Shown here: positions 10,218 to 20,400 of the stretch, piece by piece
Layout: each line of letters begins with the position of its first letter
Position numbering within the stretch: the stretch's first letter is position 1
Assembly: GCA_037131755.1 (NCBI GenBank)
Contig: JBAXQJ010000002.1
Location: 8,851 to 72,850 of the forward strand
Length of the DNA: 64,000 nt
DNA from: a bacterium
GTDB taxonomy: Bacteria > Patescibacteriota > Minisyncoccia > Phycocordibacterales > GWA1-40-21
Direction of reading: 5' to 3'
Translations under genes and position numbers: made by a program
The notes under the pieces: model-generated
The model's database searches: none
Told to the model about the DNA's origin: nothing
What the model saw: the letters and a program-made list of their open reading frames with translations, nothing else

Positions 10218-10886
10218 ATGAATAAGTTAGGGATTGAGTATTATGTGCCGATTAGTTTTGGAATCACTATTAAGAATGCCGATGTGATACCACTGCTTAT
10301 CCACATGAGATGGTATCAGCAGGCTACTGCAGCCAGGGTTCATTTAAGGCTCCATCACCCTCGCTATGCAGACACTCCCGATAATTTTATCGAGAGTAGT
10401 TATCATCGGGTTCTGTGGGATGATGCCAATGATTCGGAGCAGTTTTCTCATCCAATAGCCAGACTCCGGCTTGAGGGTGGAACCAGACATGCCGCTGGTT
10501 GTAAAAATTTGTGCGCTTTGCTGGAATTGGATTTGAATGATCGGAGGTATGGCAAAAGCATAATTTTCTCTCCGGTTCCGTTTGGGGTAAATGGCAAGCC
10601 GATGCTGCCGTTTTGTGGAGAGGAATTAGTTCAGTTCCTTTACGCGGCCAAAATGGTGTTGGGGTCTGGCAAGAATGTCATTTGGAAAGGGACAGTCTTG
10701 CTGGAACAGCTCAAGAGAGCTAGCGTCGCTGAAGATAAAATCCTGAAATTCTACAACACCTTTTACGAGGTAATGGGGAAGCTGGATTTTATGGACGAGC
10801 CGGAAGAAGACTCCTGGATAATCACCAGGACGGTCAGAGAGTTTGAACAAATCTTTGGCGTTAAGTTGCCGGATATTTGGGATTAA
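10218..10886 (+). CDS. Hypothetical protein (222 aa)
   Basis: aagaggag lies 8 nt upstream. The 5-prime leader is about 130 nt and structured. A terminator follows. No family was recognised. Confidence 0.5.
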   Translation: MNKLGIEYYVPISFGITIKNADVIPLLIHMRWYQQATAARVHLRLHHPRYADTPDNFIESSYHRVLWDDANDSEQFSHPIARLRLEGGTRHAAGCKNLCALLELDLNDRRYGKSIIFSPVPFGVNGKPMLPFCGEELVQFLYAAKMVLGSGKNVIWKGTVLLEQLKRASVAEDKILKFYNTFYEVMGKLDFMDEPEEDSWIITRTVREFEQIFGVKLPDIWD

Positions 10887-10912
10887 GTTTGGGGTTGGCG
10901 GGGGAAATATCG

Positions 10913-10946
10913 GAGCCGGCACGTCTGTGTGCCGGCTCATCTTTTT
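10913..10946 (+). terminator. Rho-independent terminator
   Basis: gagccggcacgtctgtgtgccggctc followed by atcttttt. Confidence 0.7.
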
Positions 10947-11034
10947 AATCCTTATATTCCAGTTGACTTTCTGATACTCTTTTGCTAGTATACTCGGAGC
11001 TTGAGAGAGCTTTATTTTTTATAGTAAATCAAGG

Positions 11035-11220
11035 ATGGCAAAAACATCAACAACAGTCAGAGCACTAAAAACCCCGAAATTTGCGTCTAGAGTCGTTAGA
11101 CGATGTTTTCGCTGTGGTCGAAAACACGGTTATATGAGAGATTTCGATATGTGCAGAATTTGCTTTAGGGAGTTTGCCAATCAGGGTAAAATTCCAGGTA
11201 TTAAAAAATCATCATGGTAA
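11035..11220 (+). CDS. rpsZ: 30S ribosomal protein S14 type Z (zinc-binding)
   Basis: 61 aa with the CFRCGRKHG....CRICFRE pattern of two CxxC pairs. Confidence 0.9.
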   Translation: MAKTSTTVRALKTPKFASRVVRRCFRCGRKHGYMRDFDMCRICFREFANQGKIPGIKKSSW

Positions 11221-11603
11221 CAGATCCAGTTTCAGATTTTATAACAAGAATCAAGATGGCCGGCGCTTCCAATAAAGAAGTTGTCACCTTGCCTTATTCA
11301 AAATTGATTGATGCGATCGCGACCGTACTGGTTGCTGAGGGATATTTAAAGAGCGTTTCCAAGAAGAAAAAGAACGCTAGGACTTTTGATGTTGAAATCG
11401 CCTACAAAGATGGCAAGCCAAAGATCACTGGTGCCGTTCGAGTTTCCAAGCCGTCAAAGCGAGTTTATGAAAAAGCCGGCAACTTGAATTTGTTCAAGAG
11501 CGGTTTTGGCCGAACAATCCTTTCGACCCCACGAGGCATTTTGACAAACCGACAGGCCGTCAAAGAGAAAGCCGGTGGCGAAGTCTTGTTCAAAATTTGG
11601 TAA
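11214..11603 (+). CDS. rpsH: 30S ribosomal protein S8
   Basis: Overlaps the rpsZ stop (ATGGTAA). Conserved S8 sequence. Confidence 0.9.
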   Translation: MVTDPVSDFITRIKMAGASNKEVVTLPYSKLIDAIATVLVAEGYLKSVSKKKKNARTFDVEIAYKDGKPKITGAVRVSKPSKRVYEKAGNLNLFKSGFGRTILSTPRGILTNRQAVKEKAGGEVLFKIW

Positions 11604-11634
11604 TAACGACGTAAATTAAGCTAATAAAAATACA

Positions 11635-12174
11635 ATGAGCAGAATAGGAAAAAATGCAATAATAATCCCAGCTAAGACCGAAGTGAAGGTTGAGGGTGAT
11701 ACTGTCACCGTCAAAGGTCCTTTGGGCGAGCTCAAGAGGACTTTCCGAACCGGCATGACCATTACCGTCGCCGATGGCAAGGTTGTTGTTGCTCCCAAAA
11801 AGGCAAAAATCGATGTCAGCACAAACGCCCTTTGGGGAACTATCGCTTCTCATATCAAAAATATGGTCGGCGGAGTGAACAAGGCTTATGAAAAGAAATT
11901 GATTGTCGAGGGTATCGGTTTTAAGGCCGATGTCGTCGGTAGCGAATTGGTTTTCAAACTTGGTTTCTCGCACCCAATCAAGGTTGCTATTCCTAAGGAG
12001 TTGAAAGCTCTTTCTGAAAAGAACGTCATTACGGTTTCCGGAATTGACAAAGAATTGGTTGGCCGCTATGTGGCGGAGATTCGCGCTTTGAAAAAGCCGG
12101 AGCCTTACAAAGGCAAGGGTATCCGATACAGCGATGAAGTAATCAAGAGAAAGGAAGGTAAGAAGACAGCATAA
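11635..12174 (+). CDS. rplF: 50S ribosomal protein L6
   Basis: MSRIGKNAIIIPAKTEVKVEG... Confidence 0.9.
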   Translation: MSRIGKNAIIIPAKTEVKVEGDTVTVKGPLGELKRTFRTGMTITVADGKVVVAPKKAKIDVSTNALWGTIASHIKNMVGGVNKAYEKKLIVEGIGFKADVVGSELVFKLGFSHPIKVAIPKELKALSEKNVITVSGIDKELVGRYVAEIRALKKPEPYKGKGIRYSDEVIKRKEGKKTA

Positions 12175-12219
12175 TCTAGAGGACTTTTGAAAAAGATTTA
12201 AGAAGAATTATTTAAAACA

Positions 12220-12570
12220 ATGAAGAAAGTAAATATAAAAAAAGCCAAGATTGAGAGACGACACAAGAAAATCCGTGCCAAGATTTTTGGTACCGAAGCC
12301 AAGCCACGATTGTCGATCTTCAAGTCAAACAAGTATATTTACGGTCAGATTATCAATGATGACGCCCAGAAGACCATTCTTTCCTTGTCATCAATGAAGG
12401 TAAAAGGTAAGACTTTCTCTGAGCGAGCGGTTGCGACCGGCAAGGAGTTGGCCAAGATGGCTCTCGACAAGAAAATCGATACTGTCGTCTTTGATCGAGG
12501 TGGTTTCAAGTATGTCGGCCGAGTGAAAGCTTTTGCCGATGGCGCTCGAGAGGGTGGTCTTAAATTCTAA
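12220..12570 (+). CDS. rplR: 50S ribosomal protein L18
   Basis: Basic N-terminus followed by the L18 core (DRGGFKYVGRVKAFADGAREGGL). Confidence 0.9.
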   Translation: MKKVNIKKAKIERRHKKIRAKIFGTEAKPRLSIFKSNKYIYGQIINDDAQKTILSLSSMKVKGKTFSERAVATGKELAKMALDKKIDTVVFDRGGFKYVGRVKAFADGAREGGLKF

Positions 12571-12602
12571 TACGTAACATAAATTAATTTTTAATAAAAA
12601 TC

Positions 12603-13307
12603 ATGGAAGAAGTAAAAAAAGAAAACACAACCGCTCCAGTCGCTCCAACCGCTCCGGCCACGCCAGCAGCGAGAACTTTTGGTAATACTTCCAGATTCAA
12701 TAATGGACAGAATTCACGTTTCAGCCGATTCGCTCCACGAACTGGTGGCGCGCCATCTACTGGTGGTGATAATCGCGTAAAAAATACTCGAAAGCCAATG
12801 TCTCGATCCGAACGACCACGAGCGGAATTTGAACAGAAAATGTTGAATATCCGACGTGTCGCCCGTGTTGCAACCGGTGGACGCCGATTCAATTTCTCTG
12901 TCGCGCTGGTCGCTGGTGATAAGAAAGGCAAGGTAGGTGTTGGTCTGGGTAAGGCCAATGATACTTCTTTGGCAATCGATAAATCTCTCCGAAATGCCAA
13001 GAAAAATATGATCGTGGTCAACACAACAAAAACTTTTTCTATTCCTCATGAAGTCTCGGCAAAATACTGCAGCGCTATGGTGGTAATCCGACCGGCACCA
13101 GGCCGAGGAGTCGTGGCTGGTAGCGCCGTCCGAAACGTCTTGGACTTAGCGGGAGTGAAAGATGTGACCGCCAAGATTTTGTCCGGTTCAAAGAACAAGC
13201 TAAATATCGCTCGAGCAACCATCATCGCTTTGTCTCAATTGCCAAAAATTGAGAAGAAAGAGGTTAAAGCTCCGATCAAGGAAGCCGAAGTTAAAGCCGT
13301 TAAATAA
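12603..13307 (+). CDS. rpsE: 30S ribosomal protein S5, with an N-terminal low-complexity extension of about 70 aa
   Basis: S5 dsRBD and C-terminal domain (VGLGKANDTSLAIDKSLRNAKK...). rplO follows directly. No L30 gene sits between them. Confidence 0.9.
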   Translation: MEEVKKENTTAPVAPTAPATPAARTFGNTSRFNNGQNSRFSRFAPRTGGAPSTGGDNRVKNTRKPMSRSERPRAEFEQKMLNIRRVARVATGGRRFNFSVALVAGDKKGKVGVGLGKANDTSLAIDKSLRNAKKNMIVVNTTKTFSIPHEVSAKYCSAMVVIRPAPGRGVVAGSAVRNVLDLAGVKDVTAKILSGSKNKLNIARATIIALSQLPKIEKKEVKAPIKEAEVKAVK

Positions 13308-13318
13308 TATTTAATACC

Positions 13319-13759
13319 ATGCAGATACATAATCTAAAAAGAAAAACCCCACTCAAGAAAAGCACTGTTGTTGGACGCGGTGGTAAGAGAGGTAAGACAT
13401 CTGGCCGAGGAGGCAAGGGTCAGACCGCGCGTGCTGGTCACAAGATGCGACCAGAATGGCGAGATATCATCAAGAAAATGCCGAAACTCCGAGGCTATGC
13501 CTTCCAGTCACTCAGCAAAATCAAGGAACCAATTTTTGCAATCAACGTCTCATCATTGAATGAATTTTTCTCAAATGGTGACACCGTCAAGCCTTCAACC
13601 CTCGCGGCCAAAGGAATCGTTGAAGCCAAGTATGGTAAGAACCAGAAAATAAAAGTCTTGGGTGATGGCGAGATAACAAAGAAAATTACCGTCGTCGGTT
13701 GTGAAGTTTCAAAATCAGCAAAAGAGAAAATCGAAAAAGCTGGCGGCGCGGTTAAATAA
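13319..13759 (+). CDS. rplO: 50S ribosomal protein L15
   Basis: Gly/Arg-rich N-terminus (GRGGKRGKTSGRGGKGQTARAGHK). Confidence 0.9.
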   Translation: MQIHNLKRKTPLKKSTVVGRGGKRGKTSGRGGKGQTARAGHKMRPEWRDIIKKMPKLRGYAFQSLSKIKEPIFAINVSSLNEFFSNGDTVKPSTLAAKGIVEAKYGKNQKIKVLGDGEITKKITVVGCEVSKSAKEKIEKAGGAVK

Positions 13760-13790
13760 ACCGCCCGTTTTGCAATTAATTTTTAATCAT

Positions 13791-15074
13791 ATGTTTCAAA
13801 ATTTCATTACAAAAACCGTTCAGATATTCAAGGATCCGTCTTTGCGTCGAAGGATTTTGGTGGTGATTGGCGCTCTGGCTTTGTTCCGTGTTTTGTCGAC
13901 AATCCCAATTCCTGGAATAAATGCCGACAAATTGGCCGCCTTTTTCGATCAGTCAGCCGCTGGTGATATTTTTGGTTTGGTCAGCATCGTTTCTGGTGGC
14001 GGACTCAGCCATTTGTCCATTGTGATGCTTGGTGTTGGTCCCTATATTACCGGTTCGATCATTATGCAGCTGCTCACCATGATCTTTCCTAAATTGAAAG
14101 CGATGTATCACGAAGAAGGAGAGTTGGGTCGGGCAAAATTCACTCAATACTCAAGAATTTTGACTGTGCCTCTCGCTATCGTCCAAGGTTTTGGTTATTT
14201 GATGTTGCTAGAGAAATCCGGAGCGGTGGAGAGCCTCGGTGTGATCGGCTTTATTGCTAATATCGCGATGATTACGGCCGGATCGGTTCTTCTGATGTGG
14301 ATGGGCGAGCTTATGACGGAATTCGGTATCGGTAACGGAACCTCAATGATTATCTTCGCCGGTATCGTCGCCGCTATCCCAACCCACCTGTCTCAGATGG
14401 TAGTCAACTTTACTTCCAGTCAGATCCCAATGACCATCCTTCTGGCCGTTGCTGGTGTTTTGATTGTTCTCGGTGTTGTGATCGTGACTGAAGCAGAAAG
14501 ACCGATTCCGGTCACTTATGCCAAGAGGATTCGCGGTAACAAAGTCTATGGTGGTGTTTCGACTTATCTGCCGCTTCGAGTGAACCAGGCTGGTGTGATT
14601 CCGATCATCTTTGCTTTGTCGATCCTTTTGTTTCCACAGATGATTTTCAAATTCTTAGCAACAGTTCCAAACCACATTGTCGCCAGTGTTTCTGATTATA
14701 TCGTTGGGGTATTGGCAAATGGCTGGTTCTACTCAATCTTTTATTTCATCTTGGTCTTCTTGTTTACTTATTTCTACACCGCTGTTACTTTCGATCCGCA
14801 TGCTATTTCGGAAAATTTGCAGAAGAACGGCGCCTTTATACCAGGTGTTCGACCAGGTGATTCCACCTCGGAATACATTTCCAAGATCTTGACCAGAATC
14901 ACAATGGTTGGAGCTATCTTCCTCGGTCTTGTTGCTGTCTTGCCGCTTGCTATGAAAGCGATCACTGGTATTTCTTCGATTGCGATCGGCGGTACGGCAC
15001 TCTTGATCGTTGTTTCTGTCGTTCTTGATTTGATTAAAAAGGTGGACGCCCAGTTGTCGATGAGAGAGTACTAA
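13791..15074 (+). CDS. secY: Preprotein translocase subunit SecY
   Basis: 10-TM SecY. The listed ORF start at 13701 overlaps rplO. An in-frame ATG at 13791 (MFQNFITK) is more likely. Confidence 0.85.
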   Translation: MFQNFITKTVQIFKDPSLRRRILVVIGALALFRVLSTIPIPGINADKLAAFFDQSAAGDIFGLVSIVSGGGLSHLSIVMLGVGPYITGSIIMQLLTMIFPKLKAMYHEEGELGRAKFTQYSRILTVPLAIVQGFGYLMLLEKSGAVESLGVIGFIANIAMITAGSVLLMWMGELMTEFGIGNGTSMIIFAGIVAAIPTHLSQMVVNFTSSQIPMTILLAVAGVLIVLGVVIVTEAERPIPVTYAKRIRGNKVYGGVSTYLPLRVNQAGVIPIIFALSILLFPQMIFKFLATVPNHIVASVSDYIVGVLANGWFYSIFYFILVFLFTYFYTAVTFDPHAISENLQKNGAFIPGVRPGDSTSEYISKILTRITMVGAIFLGLVAVLPLAMKAITGISSIAIGGTALLIVVSVVLDLIKKVDAQLSMREY

Positions 15075-15103
15075 AATAGTATTTAGTACCTTGTATATAG
15101 GAA

Positions 15104-15140
15104 AAAGCCGGGGTTTGCAAAGCAAACCCCGGCTTTCGTT
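15104..15140 (+). terminator. Rho-independent terminator ending the ribosomal-protein/secY operon
   Basis: aaagccggggtttgcaaagcaaaccccggcttt. Confidence 0.75.
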
Positions 15141-15182
15141 GGTCTCTTTTAATATTCCACATTTTAAGGTAATATCAAATCT

Positions 15183-15863
15183 ATGGATAAGCAGAAATTT
15201 TACGTTGTAGGCACGCCAATCGGAAATATGGAAGACATCACCTACCGGGCGGTGCGTATTTTGCGCGAGGTGGATATGATCCTATGTGAAGATACGCGGG
15301 TAACTTTGAACTTGCTAAATAAATACGAGATCAAGAATACGACCATGAGCTATCACAGTCAGAGCGAGATTTCCAAGGTACAAAAAATACTGGACTTAAT
15401 CCAGGAAGGAAAGACTTTAGCCCTAGTTTCTGATGCTGGCACCCCAACCATTTCCGACCCAGGCTCGATGTTGATTGCCAAAATCCGCGAAACCTTTCCG
15501 GAATTGGAAATAATCGCCATCCCCGGACCGAGCGCTTTTGTGTCAGCTCTGTCTGTTGCCGGTCTTCATTCCGCGGAATTCACTTTCTTGGGCTTCCTCC
15601 CGCACAAGAAAGGCCGAGAGACTTTGTTTAAAGAGATCGCCACATCTCGGAGGGTGATGGTCTTTTACGAGTCGCCTCACCGCATCATGAAGACCTTGGA
15701 ATCTTTGAAAAAGTTTGCTCCGGCGAAAAAAGTGGTCATCGCCCGCGAATTGACAAAAATATTTGAACAGATAGTCACCGGCCTGCCGGAAGAAGTCGAG
15801 AAATATTTTCTAAAAAATGCCGACAAAGTCCGGGGGGAATTCGTGGTGATGGTTTCGCCTTAG
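15183..15863 (+). CDS. rsmI: 16S rRNA (cytidine1402-2'-O)-methyltransferase RsmI
   Basis: Tetrapyrrole-methylase fold. Motifs YVVGTPIGNMEDIT, LCEDTR, SDAGTPTISDPG. Confidence 0.85.
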   Translation: MDKQKFYVVGTPIGNMEDITYRAVRILREVDMILCEDTRVTLNLLNKYEIKNTTMSYHSQSEISKVQKILDLIQEGKTLALVSDAGTPTISDPGSMLIAKIRETFPELEIIAIPGPSAFVSALSVAGLHSAEFTFLGFLPHKKGRETLFKEIATSRRVMVFYESPHRIMKTLESLKKFAPAKKVVIARELTKIFEQIVTGLPEEVEKYFLKNADKVRGEFVVMVSP

Positions 15864-15933
15864 GCTGGACCGGTTCGGGATAATATGCTACTTTAATTTT
15901 GGGAAAATCGTAATTCGAATCAAAGAAAGGCTG

Positions 15934-16188
15934 GTGAGAAGAATGAAAGAAGAAAAAAAGACATTCAATATCGACTGGGTCGAATTTTGGTTTATGATCA
16001 TTGTTGCTGCCTTCTATGGCCTGATCTTTTCCAGTTTGGCGGTTCATTTCTTCCATTTCGGCACAAAAGGGTTTGCCGTTTCCTTTCTTGTCAGTTTGGT
16101 TTTGTTCTACAAGATCCAACTACATTTGCCTAATGACAATGATGAGGCAAATAGCCCGAGGGGCGGGGATTTTTGCGGATTGGATTAA
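15934..16188 (+). CDS. Hypothetical small membrane protein (84 aa)
   Basis: Two predicted TM helices. Confidence 0.4.
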   Translation: MRRMKEEKKTFNIDWVEFWFMIIVAAFYGLIFSSLAVHFFHFGTKGFAVSFLVSLVLFYKIQLHLPNDNDEANSPRGGDFCGLD

Positions 16189-16217
16189 TTATCGGAACGC
16201 TAACTTGACCGCTGGTT

Positions 16218-16248
16218 TCATGCCAGCGATTTTTTTTATGTGATTTTT
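16218..16248 (+). terminator. Rho-independent terminator
   Basis: cgctggtttcatgccagcg followed by atttttttt. Confidence 0.6.
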
Positions 16249-16297
16249 CCCTCGACTATGTTAGAATACGTTTGATTAGCAGTTTTAATTTAATTTT

Positions 16298-16522
16298 ATG
16301 GTAAAAATAACATCTGTGACAATAGTTGGTTTCCTGTTGATGCTCGCTCCATTTTACGGCTTGCCCAAAGACTGGATTATTGTCGGGGCAGCCATCGGTG
16401 GCTTAGCAGTGTTGGTTTTATCTATCATGATTAGAAAGGAGTTACATGTTGTTTTGAAAGAATTGCATACGCCAGGCAGTGAGAAGGCTGATGTCTTTGT
16501 GGATAGCGAGATGAAGAAATAA
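16298..16522 (+). CDS. Hypothetical small membrane protein (74 aa)
   Basis: Two TM helices. The next gene follows 5 nt downstream. Confidence 0.4.
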   Translation: MVKITSVTIVGFLLMLAPFYGLPKDWIIVGAAIGGLAVLVLSIMIRKELHVVLKELHTPGSEKADVFVDSEMKK

Positions 16523-16527
16523 GATTT

Positions 16528-17706
16528 TTGCAAATGAGAATTATTGCTAAACAAAAAATGTTTTGGGTGGCGGTTGTTGTGGTTATTTTTGGCATCTCAC
16601 TCTTCGTTCTGCCGTATCTTTTGCCGACCAATTTTTCCCTCGGTTTAAGCGAGGTAGAGGCGCCAAAAATCGAAGTGGAAAAAGTCCCTCATGTCTCGAC
16701 GCCGACCGCCGTAAAAGGTATCTATATGACTTCGTGCGTGGCGAGCATGCCGACTTTTCGTGCGAAGCTGGTAAAACTTATTGATGAAACGGAGCTCAAC
16801 TCGGTTGTCATCGATATCAAGGATTATTCCGGCACAATTTCGGTGGATTTTAATAATCCAGAGTATAAGTCGGCCTATGAAGCCAATGGTTGTAAGGTGA
16901 AAGACATGAAAGATTTCATCAAATCTTTACACGAGAAAAATATTTACGTAATCGCCAGAATTACCTCTTTCCAAGATCCGTTTGTTGCCAAGCAACATCC
17001 CGAGTGGGCGATAAAAAAGAAAAGCGATAAGACCGTCGTGTGGAAAGATCGCAAGGGGATAAGCTTTATCGATGCTAATAACCGGGATATGTGGAAATAT
17101 TTGGCTGATTTGGGAACGGAGGCTTATAAATTAGGCTTTGATGAAATAAATTTTGATTATATCCGTTTTCCGTCTGATGGCGATATGAAAGACATATATT
17201 TTCCTTGGAGCAATAGTATTTTGACTACTTCAACCTCGACGATGCCCAAGGCGGTGGTGATGAAAGGCTTCTTCGAATATTTGCACAGCCGGTTTGGTGG
17301 AACAGAAACAAAAATCTCGGCCGATCTTTTTGGCATGACGACCACCAATACTGACGACCTGAACATCGGCCAATTGCTAGAAGATGCCGCCCCAAATTTT
17401 GATTACATTGCGCCGATGGTCTACCCGTCGCATTATCCGTCCGGTTTTAATAATTACAAAGACGTGAATGCCCATCCTTACGATATTGTGAAATTTTCGA
17501 TGGATAAAGCGGTGGCGCGTTTGATCTTGGCCAGTACGACACCTCTCAAATTGCGACCATGGTTGCAAGACAATGATTATCCCGTGCCTTATACGCCGGA
17601 GATGGTTCGGGCGCAAATGAAGGCGACGTATGATGCCGGTCTGAATTCCTGGATGTTATGGGATGCGGCCAATACTTATACTCGCGCGGCTTTGTTAGCT
17701 GAGTAA
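16528..17706 (+). CDS. Putative TIM-barrel glycoside hydrolase-like protein (DUF4015/GHL-like) with an N-terminal membrane anchor
   Basis: N-terminal TM segment. Motifs VKGIYMTS, NSVVIDIKDYSGT, FQDPF, and WMLWDA near the C-terminus. This is an inference from remembered family features. Confidence 0.4.
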   Translation: MQMRIIAKQKMFWVAVVVVIFGISLFVLPYLLPTNFSLGLSEVEAPKIEVEKVPHVSTPTAVKGIYMTSCVASMPTFRAKLVKLIDETELNSVVIDIKDYSGTISVDFNNPEYKSAYEANGCKVKDMKDFIKSLHEKNIYVIARITSFQDPFVAKQHPEWAIKKKSDKTVVWKDRKGISFIDANNRDMWKYLADLGTEAYKLGFDEINFDYIRFPSDGDMKDIYFPWSNSILTTSTSTMPKAVVMKGFFEYLHSRFGGTETKISADLFGMTTTNTDDLNIGQLLEDAAPNFDYIAPMVYPSHYPSGFNNYKDVNAHPYDIVKFSMDKAVARLILASTTPLKLRPWLQDNDYPVPYTPEMVRAQMKATYDAGLNSWMLWDAANTYTRAALLAE

Positions 17707-17789
17707 GTTTTTATGTCTGGACAAAAGTCCAAAAATGATTAGTATTATTTACGGATTGCAAGTCAGGAACTATTTTGAAAGGGTGTTAG

Positions 17790-18197
17790 ATGGAACCAAA
17801 AGAGCTTAAACGTTATAACCGACGTATCCGTCAGTGGGAACACGAACTGGTGGAGGAACTGGCGTCTTGTATGTTGCGAGGGGAAAATCCGCCCAGAGAT
17901 AAAAAAGCAGCGGCCTTTGGCGCATCATTCTTCTCTAGGCTGAGTGAAGACGACTGTTGCTACTGGGCAATGTTTTCTGCCCGTTGCGATAAAGAGATCT
18001 CATCGGAAAATTTCTTGAAATGTCTGAGTTCCTGGCTGATATTGGGCCAGGATAGGTTTTCTGAAATCTGTGAGGAAGCCAAACCCTTGGAAGTTCCTCA
18101 GAAAAGCATTGATTGGCTAAAGACGGTAAGTGCCAATTCAGTGACGCGTCCTTTGGCCGCTAGGGGATTTAGACGGGCTCGATATGCTTGCCTTTGA
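17790..18197 (+). CDS. Hypothetical protein (135 aa)
   Basis: The ORF is followed by an extended -10 (ttatgttataat) for the next gene. Confidence 0.4.
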   Translation: MEPKELKRYNRRIRQWEHELVEELASCMLRGENPPRDKKAAAFGASFFSRLSEDDCCYWAMFSARCDKEISSENFLKCLSSWLILGQDRFSEICEEAKPLEVPQKSIDWLKTVSANSVTRPLAARGFRRARYACL

Positions 18198-18317
18198 TTT
18201 TTGCCAGTGATTGCATCCGCAGTCGCTGGCCTTTTTGTTTGAATTTTTCTTATAATTATCGGTCGGCCCACTGGCAAGTTTAACGTTCCGACAGACTTAT
18301 GTTATAATACATTTCAA

Positions 18318-20345
18318 ATGTACGATCCAGAGAGAATAACAACTTTTGCGAGAACGGACGCCCGTAACAAACTGGTGGAGTTTGGCATTAAGGCCAAAGA
18401 CCGTACCCGTCACGTCTATGTGATCGGTAAAACCGGTATGGGTAAATCTACTTTGCTGGAAAACATGGCGGTACAGGATATCCAAAATGGCGAGGGTATG
18501 GCCTTTATCGATCCGCACGGCAAGACGGCGGAACTGCTATTGAATTATGTGCCGGAACATCGCGTCAAAGACGTTCTGTATTTTGCGCCGTTCGATATGG
18601 ATAATCCGATCTCTTTCAACGTACTCGAAGATGTCGGCTATGACAAGAGACACCTGGTCGTGTCCGGCTTGATGAGCACCTTCAAGAAAATCTGGGTGGA
18701 TGCCTGGTCAGCGCGAATGGAATACATCTTGGGCAATACTTTGTTAGCCCTCCTGGAAACTCCCGGTACGACTTTGTTGTCGGTAAACAGAATGTTGGCC
18801 GACAAGGAATTCAGGAAGAAGGTAGTCAACAACGTGACTGACCCATCGGTCAAGTCTTTTTGGGTAGATGAGTTTGCCAAATATACGGACAAATTTGCCG
18901 CTGAAGCAACGCCGGCCATCCAGAACAAGATCGGTCAATTTACCAATAATCCGCTGATTAGAAATATTATCGGTCAGGCCAAATCGTCTTTTGATTTGCG
19001 AAAGATGATCGATGAGGGAAAGATTATTATTATCAACCTGTCCAAAGGTCGGGTCGGTGAGGCTAATGCTAACCTGCTTGGCTCAATGTTGATTACCAAG
19101 ATTTACCTGGCAGCCATGTCCCGCGCTGACGTGTCAGAAAAAACTTTGCAGAAATTGCCAAACTTTTACCTCTATGTCGATGAATTTCAGTCGTTTGCCA
19201 ATGAAAGCTTTGCCGACATTTTGTCGGAGGCGAGAAAGTATAAATTAAACTTGACGATTGCCCACCAATATATAGAGCAGATGTCTGAGGAAGTGCGAGC
19301 GGCGGTTTTTGGCAACGTTGGTACGATGATTACTTTCCGTGTCGGAGCGATCGACGCTGAAGTCTTGGAAAAGGAATTTGCTCCGCAATTTACTGCCGAG
19401 GACCTGGTGAACCTGGGAATGTTCCAACTTTATTTAAAATTAATGATTGATGGGGCCTCGTCACAGCCTTTTTCAGCGACATCTTTGCCGCCAATCAAAG
19501 AACCGGAAATTTCCTTTAAACAGGAGGCCGTAGACATGTCTCGAAAGCAGTTTGCGCAACAGCGCGAATTGGTGGAAAAGGATATTATGGAATGGCATAG
19601 AGGCGATGGCGTAGGCGGTGGGAATGCCTCTGAAGAGCCTAAAAATGCCGTAAATAACGACAGAAATACCAATACCGGCAATACGTCTTCTTATGGCGGT
19701 CAAAGCCCTGTGGGTCAAAAATACACCCAAAAACCAAACATAAACAGGGAAGAAAAAACGGATAGAAAATTTCCCGGGCAAGGCGATGGCCAGTCCATCC
19801 AAAAGCCAAAATATGAAAAAAGGGCTCCAATCCAGCCGGTACAAACAGTGCCGATGAAGCCGGTCTTTGTTTTGCAAAAAACGCAACCAGTAGCCGAGAG
19901 GACAGAAGAAAAAGCTTTTGTACCGCCGGCTTTGGAAAAGGAAGCCGGGGATGACTTTGTGTCATTAAAAGATCTGAAAAAAGCGGTTGAAAAAGTCATC
20001 GAACCAGCCAGACCGATCGAGCCAGAAAAGAAAAATTCGCTGACGGGGACTGAAAAAAGTAATGCCACCGGCACCAACAATCTCAATGTCAAAAAAGCGG
20101 GCAACCCGGAGAGCTTGAGCGAATTGCGAGCGGTTTTAGCCGCTTTCAAAAAAGATAGTGTTAAAAAGGATGATGAAAAAATTTCCCCAAAGAAGACTGA
20201 AATGGTTGGGGAGAAGAATTCAGTCAACGACGTCAAGAAAACGGAGACCATAAATACTCAAAAAGAAGAACCAAAAAAACTGGCGGAAATCCCCAAGGAT
20301 GTTTTGGAGAAAATCCTCCGGGTGGATGACTCAAATAATAAATAA
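18318..20345 (+). CDS. HerA/FtsK/TraG-like P-loop ATPase (T4SS coupling-protein-like) with a C-terminal disordered tail of about 270 aa
   Basis: Walker A VIGKTGMGKST and Walker B NFYLYVDEFQSF. No N-terminal TM helices. The C-terminal third is a low-complexity K/E/N/T-rich region. Confidence 0.55.
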   Translation: MYDPERITTFARTDARNKLVEFGIKAKDRTRHVYVIGKTGMGKSTLLENMAVQDIQNGEGMAFIDPHGKTAELLLNYVPEHRVKDVLYFAPFDMDNPISFNVLEDVGYDKRHLVVSGLMSTFKKIWVDAWSARMEYILGNTLLALLETPGTTLLSVNRMLADKEFRKKVVNNVTDPSVKSFWVDEFAKYTDKFAAEATPAIQNKIGQFTNNPLIRNIIGQAKSSFDLRKMIDEGKIIIINLSKGRVGEANANLLGSMLITKIYLAAMSRADVSEKTLQKLPNFYLYVDEFQSFANESFADILSEARKYKLNLTIAHQYIEQMSEEVRAAVFGNVGTMITFRVGAIDAEVLEKEFAPQFTAEDLVNLGMFQLYLKLMIDGASSQPFSATSLPPIKEPEISFKQEAVDMSRKQFAQQRELVEKDIMEWHRGDGVGGGNASEEPKNAVNNDRNTNTGNTSSYGGQSPVGQKYTQKPNINREEKTDRKFPGQGDGQSIQKPKYEKRAPIQPVQTVPMKPVFVLQKTQPVAERTEEKAFVPPALEKEAGDDFVSLKDLKKAVEKVIEPARPIEPEKKNSLTGTEKSNATGTNNLNVKKAGNPESLSELRAVLAAFKKDSVKKDDEKISPKKTEMVGEKNSVNDVKKTETINTQKEEPKKLAEIPKDVLEKILRVDDSNNK

Positions 20346-20400
20346 GTCACTTAACTGTCATTTCCGTGGAGACGGAAATCCAGTATCTATCTTAGTACAA

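Noticed and set aside
10218-10886. C-terminal EFEQIFGVKLPDIW of the 222-aa hypothetical protein resembling a SUKH/Smi1-Knr4 immunity-protein motif
   Set aside because: The motif normally sits at the N-terminus of an approximately 150-aa domain. Here it is at the extreme C-terminus with no room for the rest of the fold, so this is probably coincidental.
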